A DNA stretch of 64,000 nt, from positions 804 to 64,803 of the forward strand of contig CAZWFC010000001.1 of assembly GCA_964632965.1 (NCBI GenBank), given 5' to 3'. Origin of the DNA: an uncultured Rhodocyclaceae bacterium (GTDB taxonomy: Bacteria > Pseudomonadota > Gammaproteobacteria > Burkholderiales > Rhodocyclaceae). The position numbers and the translations under genes are program-made. Positions 24,521 through 32,343 of this stretch are shown here, in pieces. The notes beneath the pieces are model-generated. The model saw only the letters and a program-made list of their open reading frames with translations, was not told the DNA's origin and searched no databases. Within the stretch, counting starts at the first letter, position 1; each line of letters opens with the position of its first letter.

Positions 24521-25191
24521 TCGAACTCAAGGATATCCGCAAGGCCTTCAACCAGGGCCGGCCAAACGAATACTGGGCGCTGTCGGGCATCGATCTCGCC
24601 ATCGAGGCCAACCGCGTCACCGCCTTTCGCGGCCCCAGCGGCTCGGGCAAGACGACGCTGCTGACCCTCGTCGGCTGCCTGGCGCGGCCGACCTCGGGCC
24701 GCGTACGCCTGAAGGGCGAGGATATTTCGGGCTTGCCCGAACGCTTCCTTACCGAAATTCGCCGCCGCACCTTCGGCTTCGTCTTCCAGCAGTTCAACCT
24801 GATCAAGGGACTTTCGGCGCTCGATAACGTCATGTTGCCGGCGGCGCCGACGGGACGCCCCCACCGTGAGGTGCGCGAACAGGCGACGGCGTTGCTGGAT
24901 CGATTGCATCTGGCCCATCGCCGCGAGGCGCGCGTCGAATGGCTGTCCGGCGGCGAGCAGCAGCGCGTCGCCATCGCCCGCGCCCTGATCAACGATCCCG
25001 AGGTGGTCATCGCCGACGAGCCGACCGCCAATCTCGACACGGCGCTGTCGCTGCAGTTCATGAACATACTCGAAGAGCTGAGCGCCGAAGGCCGCACGGT
25101 GCTACTGACCAGCCACGATCCGCTGGTGGTCGAATCCATCGCCGTGCATCGCGTCGTCAGCATGCGCGACGGGCGGTTGGTCGAGTCGTGA
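24517..25191 (+). CDS. ABC transporter ATP-binding protein (MacB/LolD-like)
   Basis: Walker A GPSGSGKTT, signature LSGGEQQRVAIARAL, Walker B VVIADEPT. ATGA overlap with the permease. Confidence 0.9.
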   Translation: MIELKDIRKAFNQGRPNEYWALSGIDLAIEANRVTAFRGPSGSGKTTLLTLVGCLARPTSGRVRLKGEDISGLPERFLTEIRRRTFGFVFQQFNLIKGLSALDNVMLPAAPTGRPHREVREQATALLDRLHLAHRREARVEWLSGGEQQRVAIARALINDPEVVIADEPTANLDTALSLQFMNILEELSAEGRTVLLTSHDPLVVESIAVHRVVSMRDGRLVES

Positions 25192-26186
25192 TCTTTCAGC
25201 CGGCGATCATCGCGCTGCTGCTCGCCTCCGGGCTGGGCGTGGCGATGCTGCTGGCCGCCGCACCGTTCGCGCTGCAAGTGATTCGCCGCTGGGATATCGC
25301 CAGCGGCTCCGAACTGCAACTGCAACTGGAGCGACGCACCTACCTCTTCTCCACGCTGCTCAGTTTCGTTTTCGCCATCCAGTTGGTCGCCCTGCTGCTG
25401 TTCATTTTCAACGCCGACAAGATGGCGGTGATGTTCGTCGGCGCCATGTGCGCGGTCGGCACCTTGAATGCCAATGCCTGGGGGTTTCCGGCGCTGATCG
25501 CACAGATGGCGGTTTTCTTCCTCGCCGCCATGTGGCTGGCGATCAACCATGTCGATGTCCGTGCCCCGGACTATCCGCTGGTGCGGATCAAGTACGGCCT
25601 GCTGGTAGCCCTGCTGCCGGTGCTCGCCGCGGCTTTCGCGTTCCAGTTGGCGTACTTCCTCGGTCTCAAGGCCGACGTCATCACCTCCTGCTGCGGCAGC
25701 CTGTTCTCGGGCGAGACGAAGGGGTTGTCGGGCGACCTCTCGGCATTGCCGCCCGGCCCGGCACTGGCGGGCTTCTACGCCGCGCTGGCGTGCGCCGTCG
25801 CTGCGGCCGGCTATTGCGCCCGGCGGCAGCGCGGCGGCTATCTCGTCGCCCTCGCCAGTGCCGCCGCTTTCGCCGCCGCCATCGCTGGCATTCTTTCCTT
25901 TCTCTCGCTTTACCTCTACGAGCATCCTCATCACCACTGCCCGTTCTGCATTCTCAAGCCGGAATACGACCGCCAGGGCTACTGGCTCTACATTCCCATC
26001 TTCGCCGCCACGGCGGCGGGTCTGGGCGTCGGCGCCATCCAGCCGTTTCGCCGCGTGGCAAGCCTTGCCGGGATTGTTCCAGCGGTTTCGGCCCGGCTGG
26101 CGGCGGTGGCGGTCGGCGGTTTCCTGTTGTTCGCCGCCATTGCTTCGGTGATGATCTGGCGATCCAACCTGATTCTTCTCGAATGA
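25188..26186 (+). CDS. Hypothetical polytopic membrane protein with SCCGS and HPHHHCPFC motifs
   Basis: GTG 25188 forms a GTGA overlap with the ATPase stop. 332 aa, about 8 hydrophobic helices. No family recognised. Confidence 0.6.
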   Translation: MIFQPAIIALLLASGLGVAMLLAAAPFALQVIRRWDIASGSELQLQLERRTYLFSTLLSFVFAIQLVALLLFIFNADKMAVMFVGAMCAVGTLNANAWGFPALIAQMAVFFLAAMWLAINHVDVRAPDYPLVRIKYGLLVALLPVLAAAFAFQLAYFLGLKADVITSCCGSLFSGETKGLSGDLSALPPGPALAGFYAALACAVAAAGYCARRQRGGYLVALASAAAFAAAIAGILSFLSLYLYEHPHHHCPFCILKPEYDRQGYWLYIPIFAATAAGLGVGAIQPFRRVASLAGIVPAVSARLAAVAVGGFLLFAAIASVMIWRSNLILLE

Positions 26187-26280
26187 GAATCTTCGCGCCT
26201 CTTTTCGCCTTGCGGGCCTCTGCCGGGTTTATGGCAGGCGATGCCCCGATTCGCCCTCCCAGCGGCATGTCGTAGTCGCC

Positions 26281-26799
26281 ATGTCAGACACCAAATCCGC
26301 CATTGCCGAGTTGTATCGCGAACATTACGGAAGCGTTCATCGTTTCCTCGCAAAGCAGGTGTCTTGCCGCGAACTCGCCGCCGATCTGGTGCAGGAACTG
26401 TTCCTGCGCCTGCTGTCGCGGGAAGTGGCCATGGCGGACGTGCGCCATCCGCGCGGCTTCCTGTTTTCCTCGGCGCGGAACATGGCCGCCGAAGCGCAAC
26501 GCTCGCCACGCTGGCGTGGCACGCCCAGAGTCGATGGGGACGAGGACGAGCCAGCCGATACCGCGCCATCGCCCGACCTTCTGGCGGAAGACCGGCAAGC
26601 CCTTGGCTTGCTGCTGGAAGTGGTGGCCGGGCTGCCGCCCCGCTGCCGCGAAACCTTCATCCTGCACAAGTTCGAAGGACTCTCCTATCCTGAGATTGCA
26701 GCCCGGCTCGGCATCTCGGTGAGTGCCGTCGAGAAGCACCTGATGCGGGCGCTCGATGCCTGTCGTGCCGGGATTGATCGACAGGGCAACGTCCCATGA
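26281..26799 (+). CDS. ECF sigma-70 factor (FecI-like)
   Basis: Region 2 (DLVQELFLRLL) and region 4 (FEGLSYPEIAARLGISVSAVEKHLMRAL). Confidence 0.85.
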   Translation: MSDTKSAIAELYREHYGSVHRFLAKQVSCRELAADLVQELFLRLLSREVAMADVRHPRGFLFSSARNMAAEAQRSPRWRGTPRVDGDEDEPADTAPSPDLLAEDRQALGLLLEVVAGLPPRCRETFILHKFEGLSYPEIAARLGISVSAVEKHLMRALDACRAGIDRQGNVP

Positions 26800-27737
26800 G
26801 CCACGCCGATGTCGCTCAGGAGGCTTTGCGCTGGTTCATCCGTGCCCGGGCTCCCGACTTTTGCCCCGAGGAGCAGCGCGCCTTGGACACATGGCTGACG
26901 GGCGACGTCGTCCACCAACGGGAATTCGACCGCCTCAAAGACACTTGGCGGACGCTCGACGGACTTGCCCCACATCTGCCTGCCCTGCGGCAGCCTCGGC
27001 CCGCTGCGGAAATAGTAGCCCCGCCCCGCTGGCGAGGATTTCTCCCCTGGTCCGGCCTGGGCGCCGCCCTGGCCGTGGCGCTGCTGGTTTTCCTCATTCC
27101 CGTCCCGGTGGAAAGCCTGCGTTACGAAACGACCCCCGGCCAGCATCGCAGCATCGCCCTCGCGCCGCGCATGGAACTCGTGCTCGATGCCGACAGCGCC
27201 GTCACTATCGCCCGAAGCAATCCCCCGCGCGTTCAACTCTTACAGGGGAAGGCGTATTTCGACATCGGCGACCATGCCTCGCATGGGTTGGAGGTCAGTC
27301 TGGGCAGCGTGCGCATCAAGGACATCGGTACCCGATTCGCCGTGGTGCGAAGGCCGGAAGGCGGCAGTGTCGCCGTGGCCGAGGGCCTGGTGGAGGTCCA
27401 TGTGGGTGGCGGTCTGCACCTCGTCAGTCCCGGTCAGCGCGTAGAGTTCGACCAAACCCGCATCACCGGCGAAACGGCTATCGCCGCGAGCGACGTGGCG
27501 CCCTGGCGCCTCGGTCAATGGCGTTTCGCCGCCACGCCCCTAGCCGAGGTGGCGGACGAAATGGCCCGCCAGACTCGCATCCGGCTCGATATTCCGGACC
27601 CGAAAGTCGCCGCGCTGACCGTCAGCGGCAACTTCGACATGCAGCAGCCGGAACAAGTGCTCTGGGCCGTCGCCCAGGTGCATGGACTCAAGGTGGAACC
27701 CATCGGAGAGCGCCGGTTCGTTATGAAACGGCGTTAA
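26796..27737 (+). CDS. FecR-family anti-sigma / signal transducer
   Basis: ATGA overlap with the sigma gene. N-terminal block ALRWFIR...EQRALDTWL, a central TM helix and a C-terminal FecR domain (LLQGKAYFDI...IKDIGTRFAV). Confidence 0.85.
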   Translation: MSHADVAQEALRWFIRARAPDFCPEEQRALDTWLTGDVVHQREFDRLKDTWRTLDGLAPHLPALRQPRPAAEIVAPPRWRGFLPWSGLGAALAVALLVFLIPVPVESLRYETTPGQHRSIALAPRMELVLDADSAVTIARSNPPRVQLLQGKAYFDIGDHASHGLEVSLGSVRIKDIGTRFAVVRRPEGGSVAVAEGLVEVHVGGGLHLVSPGQRVEFDQTRITGETAIAASDVAPWRLGQWRFAATPLAEVADEMARQTRIRLDIPDPKVAALTVSGNFDMQQPEQVLWAVAQVHGLKVEPIGERRFVMKRR

Positions 27738-27884
27738 GCCGCGCGTCATTTGCCGCCCGATCGCGCACGCAAGCATGAAGAACGCAAGGGTGCGGCATCG
27801 TGTCACATGAGGTATCAGCCCTCTCGGCGCATCTCCCCGACTGTAGCTGCAAATCCGGCAGCCGAAACATTAGCGGGGATCACC

Positions 27885-30326
27885 ATGCAAGACCGAAAGA
27901 CAGCATTGCAACACGTCCGTCGTCATCTGGTTTACGTCGTGTTGCGCCGTACCGCCTTGTGCCCGGCCCTCGTCCTGGCCGGCATCATTCAAGCGCCCAC
28001 TGTGCTGGCCCAGGCCGAGTTGCCTGCCATCAGCATCCCGGCGCAGCCGCTGGGCGCGGCCCTTGACGCCCTGGCTGTCCAGGCGCGATTCAAACTGCTG
28101 TATTCGCCCGACGCCGTAAAAGGCAAGACGGCCCCGGCGCTGGCCGGCCGCCTCTCTCCAGACGAGGCTCTGCGTCGTTTGCTTGCGGGCTCGGGCTTGA
28201 CCTATTCGGGCGCGGATGGAGCTTATGCGATCAAGGAAGCGACAGTCGAAAAGCTCACCAAGCTCAGCGATATCGTCGTCAAGGGCCTGCGGGCGGAAAC
28301 GGACGGAACGGGGTCGTACACCAGCCCAGCGCTTACCGTGGCGGGCAAGGTTCCCCTGCCAATGAAGGAGATTCCCAACTCGGTGTCCGTCCTGACCCGG
28401 CAGCAGATGGACGACCAGAACATGGTATCGGTCTGGGATGCCATGACCCAGATCGCTGGCGTCCAGCCCATCTGGAACGACAACCTTCAAGGCCAATACC
28501 ATGCTCGCGGCAATGCGCTGGACATCCGCTACGATGGCGTGCCGTCCCTGTTTCCCTTCAGTGGCAACCGCCAGTTCGACCTGGCGATTTACGATCGCAT
28601 CGAGGTGCAGCGGGGTTCGGCGGGTTTGCTGCAAGGCTCGGGTTCCTTTGCCGGGACGGTGAACATGGTCAAGAAACGGCCGCGGGACAGCTTCGGCGCC
28701 TATGTTCTTGGCACCGTCGGATCTTGGAACAACAAGAAAATTGAAGCCGATGTAACCGGCCCGCTGAACGAAGACAAAAGCGTGCGCGGAAGGTTTGTCG
28801 CCTCGGCCATCGACAAGGACTGGTTCGTCAATCGGGTCTATGACAAAAGTTGGTTAGCCTATGGCGTCCTGGAAGTCGACCTGTCGCCGGCAACGACCGT
28901 TCGGGTGTCGACAACGGGACAGCGTGACGAAACCCCCTCGTTTTCGGGGCTCCCGACCTACACCAATGGAACACTGCTCAACGTCGATCGGTCATTCAAC
29001 CATCTCCCGACCTGGAACAAGACGCTATGGCGCTCGGCCGATCTCAGCGCCGAGATCGAGCATCGCTTCGACAACCGCTGGGTGGGCAAAGTCAGCGTCA
29101 TCCAACGCGATGCATTCCAGCATTTCAAGGACGCCTACCTGACCACCGGCGTCAATCCGCTCACCAACACCGCCACCTACACGCGTCGGGAATTCGACTA
29201 CCACTACCGTTCGGAGGACCTCGATGCCTACGTTTCCGGCCCCTTCGAATTGCTGGGCCGGACCCACAACCTCCTGCTCGGCGCTAATTACAGTTGGTAC
29301 CGGAGCGCCGGCAAAGGGGTCAATCGCAACCAGACGGGGATGGCGGCTGTACTGGACGTAACGAACGTCGTTTTCAACGATCCGCCGAATGTTCCGGAAA
29401 TTAACGTCGGCTTCAGGACTGGTAGCGAAAACATCACTTGGCAGCAAGGACTTTACGGACAAGTTCGTCTCAGCCTTGCCGATCCGCTGACCCTGGTACT
29501 GGGCGGGCGCTCCACCGACTACTATGCCAAATCGCACAACGTGGCCCCCGCCGCACAGACGGGCTGGACTCCGGGCACCACCATTCGGCATCACATCACG
29601 CCCTACGCCGGTACGGTCTACGATCTGACCAAGCAGGTTTCTCTGTACGCCAGCTATTCGGATGTCTTTGTCCCGCAGAGCAATCTTCAGTCCGACGGTA
29701 CGCCGTTGAAGCCCCGCGAGGGACGCCAATATGAAATCGGCGCCAAGGGCGAATTCTTCGACGGCAAGTTGACGCCTTCGTTTGCCGTTTTCAACATCCG
29801 GGACGAGAACCGGTCGTATGCCGACCCTAATTATCCTGGCTTTTATCTTCCCCTCGGAAAAGTCGAGAGCAAGGGGTGGGAAACCGAAATCGCCGGCAGC
29901 CCCGCACGCGGCTGGGATATTTCCACGAGCTATACCAACCTCATTACGCGGCAGTTGAGCACTTCGACCGCCGCATCGATGGGTGCGCCCATCAGCTACT
30001 GGTATCCGCGGCATCTCTTCAAGCTCTGGTCGAACTACCGCTTCCAGGACGGACAACTGGACGGCTTCAACGTCGGCTTTGGGTTGAACGGTCAAAGCCA
30101 TACCGCCAGCGGGACGTCGACGGCCACCGAGCAGGCGCGCGAACAAGGCGCCTACACGGTGGCCAGCATCCAGGTCGGCTACAAGATCAACAAGACATTC
30201 ACCACCACGCTGACCGTAAACAATCTGTTTGACCGGGCCTATTTCACCCGTGTTCAGGGCACCAACAGCTACATGATGTATGGCGAACCCAGAAACTGGC
30301 TGCTGGCGGTTCGCGCGGCCTACTGA
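27885..30326 (+). CDS. TonB-dependent receptor with N-terminal STN signalling domain (transducer type)
   Basis: ORF 27750..30326 trimmed to ATG 27885. STN block ISIPAQPLGAALDALAVQARFKLLYSPDAVKGKTAPALAGRLSPDEALRRLLAGSGLTY, followed by plug and barrel. The C-terminus is ...AVRAAY. Confidence 0.85.
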   Translation: MQDRKTALQHVRRHLVYVVLRRTALCPALVLAGIIQAPTVLAQAELPAISIPAQPLGAALDALAVQARFKLLYSPDAVKGKTAPALAGRLSPDEALRRLLAGSGLTYSGADGAYAIKEATVEKLTKLSDIVVKGLRAETDGTGSYTSPALTVAGKVPLPMKEIPNSVSVLTRQQMDDQNMVSVWDAMTQIAGVQPIWNDNLQGQYHARGNALDIRYDGVPSLFPFSGNRQFDLAIYDRIEVQRGSAGLLQGSGSFAGTVNMVKKRPRDSFGAYVLGTVGSWNNKKIEADVTGPLNEDKSVRGRFVASAIDKDWFVNRVYDKSWLAYGVLEVDLSPATTVRVSTTGQRDETPSFSGLPTYTNGTLLNVDRSFNHLPTWNKTLWRSADLSAEIEHRFDNRWVGKVSVIQRDAFQHFKDAYLTTGVNPLTNTATYTRREFDYHYRSEDLDAYVSGPFELLGRTHNLLLGANYSWYRSAGKGVNRNQTGMAAVLDVTNVVFNDPPNVPEINVGFRTGSENITWQQGLYGQVRLSLADPLTLVLGGRSTDYYAKSHNVAPAAQTGWTPGTTIRHHITPYAGTVYDLTKQVSLYASYSDVFVPQSNLQSDGTPLKPREGRQYEIGAKGEFFDGKLTPSFAVFNIRDENRSYADPNYPGFYLPLGKVESKGWETEIAGSPARGWDISTSYTNLITRQLSTSTAASMGAPISYWYPRHLFKLWSNYRFQDGQLDGFNVGFGLNGQSHTASGTSTATEQAREQGAYTVASIQVGYKINKTFTTTLTVNNLFDRAYFTRVQGTNSYMMYGEPRNWLLAVRAAY

Positions 30327-30335
30327 TCGATCTGC

Positions 30336-30917
30336 ATGAAATCGGAGAACCGCATGGACAGAAGAACCCTGTTGCGCAGCGCCTTGCTGCTGGCCGCCTC
30401 GACCCAGGTTGGCGCGGGCGAGACGACGGAACCGGCGCTCGACCCCGCGCCGCTGGAAAACGAACTGGAGAAATATTCCCGTTGCGTCATTTGCAACATG
30501 GATCGCCGCAAGTTCCACTTTGCGCGGCATCTGCTGCACTACGGCGACGGTCATGCCCAAGGTACTTGCTCGATCAACTGCGCCGCCGAGTGCATGCTGA
30601 AGGAACGTCGCCGTGGATTCCAGGTCATCTATGCGCCGGACTACGGCGCGGAAGGCGAACCCAAGCCGCTAATCGAAGCGTCTGCGGCGGCCTACCTGAT
30701 CGGCAGCGACTTGCGCGGAGTCATGACCCCCGTCAGCAAATACGCCTTCGCGACTCTGGATGCAGCCCAGAAAGCGCAGACGGTTGCCGGCGGCAAGATC
30801 GGCAGTTTTGCCGATGCGATCAATGCCTCGTTCGGAGAATTCGGCGCCGGCGCAATCCGCCGCTACGAAACCGACCGCGACCGCCTGCGGCGCAAGAAGA
30901 CGGAAAGCACAGGCTGA
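30336..30917 (+). CDS. Tat-exported Cys4 (TRASH-like) / NosL-like metal-binding protein, paralog 1
   Basis: Twin-arginine signal MDRRTLLRSALLLAA. Motif C50-VI-C-x24-C-SIN-C82. The C-terminal half resembles NosL (AAAYLIGSDLRGVMTPVSKYAFATLDAAQ). Basic tail. It starts 9 nt after the TBDR stop; the start may instead be ATG 30354. Confidence 0.7.
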   Translation: MKSENRMDRRTLLRSALLLAASTQVGAGETTEPALDPAPLENELEKYSRCVICNMDRRKFHFARHLLHYGDGHAQGTCSINCAAECMLKERRRGFQVIYAPDYGAEGEPKPLIEASAAAYLIGSDLRGVMTPVSKYAFATLDAAQKAQTVAGGKIGSFADAINASFGEFGAGAIRRYETDRDRLRRKKTESTG

Positions 30918-30984
30918 TTGTTGCGCGCTCGCAGGGCGCGCGGAGTGCGCCGGGCGCCCATGATTCTGCATCCGAATCTCGTGC

Positions 30985-32268
30985 TCATCGAATAGGTAAG
31001 GTGCCGCCGTCCGCCGCTTGCCTTGCCGCCGACTTCTGACGGGCGCGACGTTTTTTCCGCCAGACATATACTCCCGTTGCCGCCAGCATGGCGACGGCCA
31101 GGCCGAGGATGCAAACGAAGATGCGGTAGGGCAGGCCGAACACATTGGCTTCGTGCAAGGTTTGCAGCCAGTGGGTAACGGTGCTGCCGCTGTGCTGTCC
31201 GGAAGGAAGCACCAGTTGTCTGAGTTCTCCGGTGTCGGCATCGAAGATTGCTTGCGTGCGTCCACGCTTGTCCTGGAAGTCCAGGCTGCTGTGGACGACG
31301 TAGTGGTAGTTGCCATGTTCGCGGTCGATCCAGAGATTGACCGGGCGTTCGACGACGAAGCCATGGCGTCGCGCTTGCTCAGCCATCAGGCGCTCGGCGG
31401 CTTGTTGCGCCTGCCGCCAGCCAAGCAGGGGATTTTCCACCGGCTTGTCCAGTCTTGAGCCCTCCCAGGGGCGTTGCGGGTAGTCGAGCACCAGGCGGGT
31501 CACCGGCGCATAAACCTGGTCATGCAGATTCATGAAGACGCTCGACCAGGCGAAAATCAGCAGCGGCAGCCACAGCCACAAGCCGCTGGCACGGTGCAAA
31601 TCGAAGTTGATGCGATAGGCGGAAGCCTGCCTCTTCACCAGCCAGGCTGGCTTCCAGCGGACAAGAAAGCTGCGCCGGCCGGACAAATCTCCCGTCGTCG
31701 GCAAAGCCGCGTGGACGTTCTCCCGATCGCTTCGCTTGCGCCGCCTGGCCGGCAAGGTGAGGTACAAACCTGCAAAACAGTCGATGGTCCAGAGCAAGGC
31801 GGTGATGCCGAGGATCCACTTCCCGATGTTTCCAAGCGCCAGGTTGAAGTGCAGTTTGTAGATGAACGGCATGAGGTTGACCCAGCCGGTGGAGATGGCA
31901 CCCCATTGACGGCGTCCCAGTTCGTTCCCGGTATAGGGATCCAGGAATATGGAATTGAAACCCAGTTCGACGGGCCTGCCGGTCAATGGATCGATACGCG
32001 GTGCGAGATACACCAAGGCCGTTCCGGCTTCTCCCAGGAAGACGCCGTTGATGCGTGCCTGCGGGACCAGGCTTTCGGCGCGCTCGGCCAGGGCGGCCTG
32101 ATCCAGCATCTTGCCCGCGTGCGGTGCCGGAAACAGTTGTGGCGCGGTGATGCGGTTCAGTTCGGGTAGAAACGCGAGCAGGCTGCCGGTCAGCCCGGCA
32201 AGCATCAGCGGCAAGGCCATGCCGAGGCCGACGTAGCGGTGCAGGCGGGCCCATAGCCTCCGTGTCAT
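30985..32268 (-). CDS. PepSY-associated TM-helix protein (PiuB/FoxB-like)
   Basis: ORF trimmed to ATG 32268 (MTRRLWARLHRYVGLGMALPLML). LHFNLALGNIGKWILGITALLW, and a terminal TM helix plus a basic tail. Confidence 0.8.
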   Translation of the reverse strand: MTRRLWARLHRYVGLGMALPLMLAGLTGSLLAFLPELNRITAPQLFPAPHAGKMLDQAALAERAESLVPQARINGVFLGEAGTALVYLAPRIDPLTGRPVELGFNSIFLDPYTGNELGRRQWGAISTGWVNLMPFIYKLHFNLALGNIGKWILGITALLWTIDCFAGLYLTLPARRRKRSDRENVHAALPTTGDLSGRRSFLVRWKPAWLVKRQASAYRINFDLHRASGLWLWLPLLIFAWSSVFMNLHDQVYAPVTRLVLDYPQRPWEGSRLDKPVENPLLGWRQAQQAAERLMAEQARRHGFVVERPVNLWIDREHGNYHYVVHSSLDFQDKRGRTQAIFDADTGELRQLVLPSGQHSGSTVTHWLQTLHEANVFGLPYRIFVCILGLAVAMLAATGVYVWRKKRRARQKSAARQAADGGTLPIR

Positions 32269-32343
32269 GGGCAGCACCGGCCGGCGTCGGTCGGTTCGGC
32301 GGCAGTCAGGAAATGCCAAGCCGGGAACTGCCGCGCCATCGTC

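Noticed and set aside
26262-26279. GCGGC-N8-GTCGC element immediately before the ECF sigma start at 26281
   Set aside because: The spacer differs from the other sites (8 rather than 5), and it sits within about 2 nt of the start codon. It is too weak to call, although variable spacing has, I believe, been discussed for PrrA.
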